The translations under genes were made by a program, and so were the position numbers. Positions 63,544 to 64,000 of a DNA stretch of 64,000 nt are shown here, piece by piece. Within the stretch, counting starts at the first letter, position 1, and every line of letters starts with the position of its first letter. Below the pieces are notes generated by a model, which was not told the origin of the DNA, ran no database searches, and saw only the letters and a list, made by a program, of their open reading frames with translations. This stretch comes from Victivallales bacterium (lineage in GTDB: Bacteria > Verrucomicrobiota > Lentisphaeria > Oligosphaerales > Oligosphaeraceae). The stretch lies in contig JAFZWH010000093.1 of NCBI GenBank assembly GCA_017617415.1, positions 26,218 to 90,217 on the forward strand, in the 5' to 3' direction.

Positions 63544-63827
63544 GTCTGTCCCCGTTGAAAGGCGTCTGTCCCCATGTCCCGAGAAAATGTTGATGGTCTG
63601 TCCACATGGATAAAGACTGTCCGGCGGAAAGGCGTCTGTCCTCATGTCCCGAAAGGCTTTTTTGCGTTCCACCCCCTATTGTTGGCGTCTGTCCCCACTT
63701 CAAGATGATACGTTTGAATGACTTGAGGCAAATGGGACACTGAGACAAGTGATGTATTTTGGGTGTCTGTCCCCACTTTCACCCCACTTGTTTCCGGTGT
63801 CTGTCCCCGCTTCAAGTGTCTGTCCCC
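63544..63827 (+). repeat. Array C of decamer GTCTGTCCCC (8 direct copies plus 1 degenerate)
   Basis: Copies start at 63544, 63564, 63596 (..CCAC), 63634 (..CCTC), 63687, 63765, 63799 and 63818. A degenerate GACTGTCCGG lies at 63615. A 25-nt sub-repeat AAAGGCGTCTGTCC(C/T)CATGTCCCGA occurs at 63558 and 63628. Confidence 0.9.
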
Positions 63828-63975
63828 GATGGGGCATTGAAATAGGTTTGACAGGCGTAGATTTCCGGTGCTGGACCAGGCACTTTTGAGTTTTGGGGTT
63901 GCAAATTGCTTTTCAGCAACTATATTAAGAAACTTGCTGTTATCAATTACCGCAACAATTGAGGAAATAACGACC

Positions 63976-64000
63976 ATGAAACGTACTTACCAACCGCACA
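63976..64000 (+). CDS. rpmH: 50S ribosomal protein L34, 5' fragment (runs off window)
   Basis: ATG preceded by GAGGAAA. It encodes MKRTYQPH, the near-universal L34 N-terminus. Confidence 0.7.

Noticed and set aside
63544-63827. The decamer arrays (here and at 23304-23400 and 29097-29291) as CRISPR arrays
   Set aside because: The repeat core is only 10-13 nt. Spacings are irregular, from 13 to about 100 bp. No cas genes are in the window, and the repeats have no CRISPR-like length or dyad symmetry.
62923-63975. Chromosomal origin (oriC) upstream of rpmH, with the decamers as variant DnaA boxes and 63069-63115 as an AT-rich unwinding element
   Set aside because: Only one copy (CTGTCCACA at 63597-63605) approaches a DnaA-box consensus (TTATCCACA/TTGTCCACA). 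The dominant ...TCCCC form does not. The same arrays occur at two other loci within 40 kb. No dnaA or dnaN is adjacent, and no gene-orientation switch is evident. This is not excluded, but it is unsupported without GC-skew analysis of the whole replicon.

Overview
This 64-kb window is a densely coded chromosomal segment from a GC-rich diderm bacterium. ExbB, fused SecDF, YajC and type IV pilus/T2SS-like ATPases support the diderm call. I cannot assign a taxon from sequence alone. I support about 56 protein genes and 2 tRNAs, Pro-CGG and Gly-CCC.

The core genes cover several functions:
- Translation and RNA: nusA-infB-rbfA, fusA, the rpmH 5' end, rsmA, an rsmB-like gene and a TrmH-family gene.
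- C1 and cofactor metabolism: fhs, folD, ribD, ribE, argJ and an aminotransferase.
- Envelope and secretion: RodA/FtsW, SecDF, YajC, SppA, and a PilB-PilB-PilT-PilC block.
- DNA repair and sugar metabolism: mutS and two sugar kinases.

Accessory and unusual content is concentrated in a 12-kb all-minus-strand gene array at 8.1-20.1 kb. There a visibly AT-richer fused N6-adenine methyltransferase (type IIG RM-like) sits 2 nt upstream of mutS. A PIN toxin-antitoxin cassette is bracketed by a 62-bp duplication of the mutS 3' end. A vapBC pair is wedged into a KAS-ACP-acyltransferase lipid module.

The most striking non-coding signal is a non-palindromic decamer, GTCTGTCCCC. It forms three same-orientation arrays, at 23.3, 29.1-29.3 and 63.5-63.8 kb. 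They lie in promoter-bearing intergenic regions upstream of fhs, of fusA and a RAYT-like transposase, and of rpmH.

Other oddities:
- a large protein with an interrupted HPr-like domain
- a translationally coupled nonapeptide-repeat mini-protein downstream of a GT4 glycosyltransferase
- degenerate 7-bp-periodic arrays at two gene starts
- a conserved 75-85-nt element present twice
- two inverted paralogous polytopic membrane proteins

No CRISPR array, rRNA or prophage was seen. All family calls come from motif recognition by eye. No database search was run.
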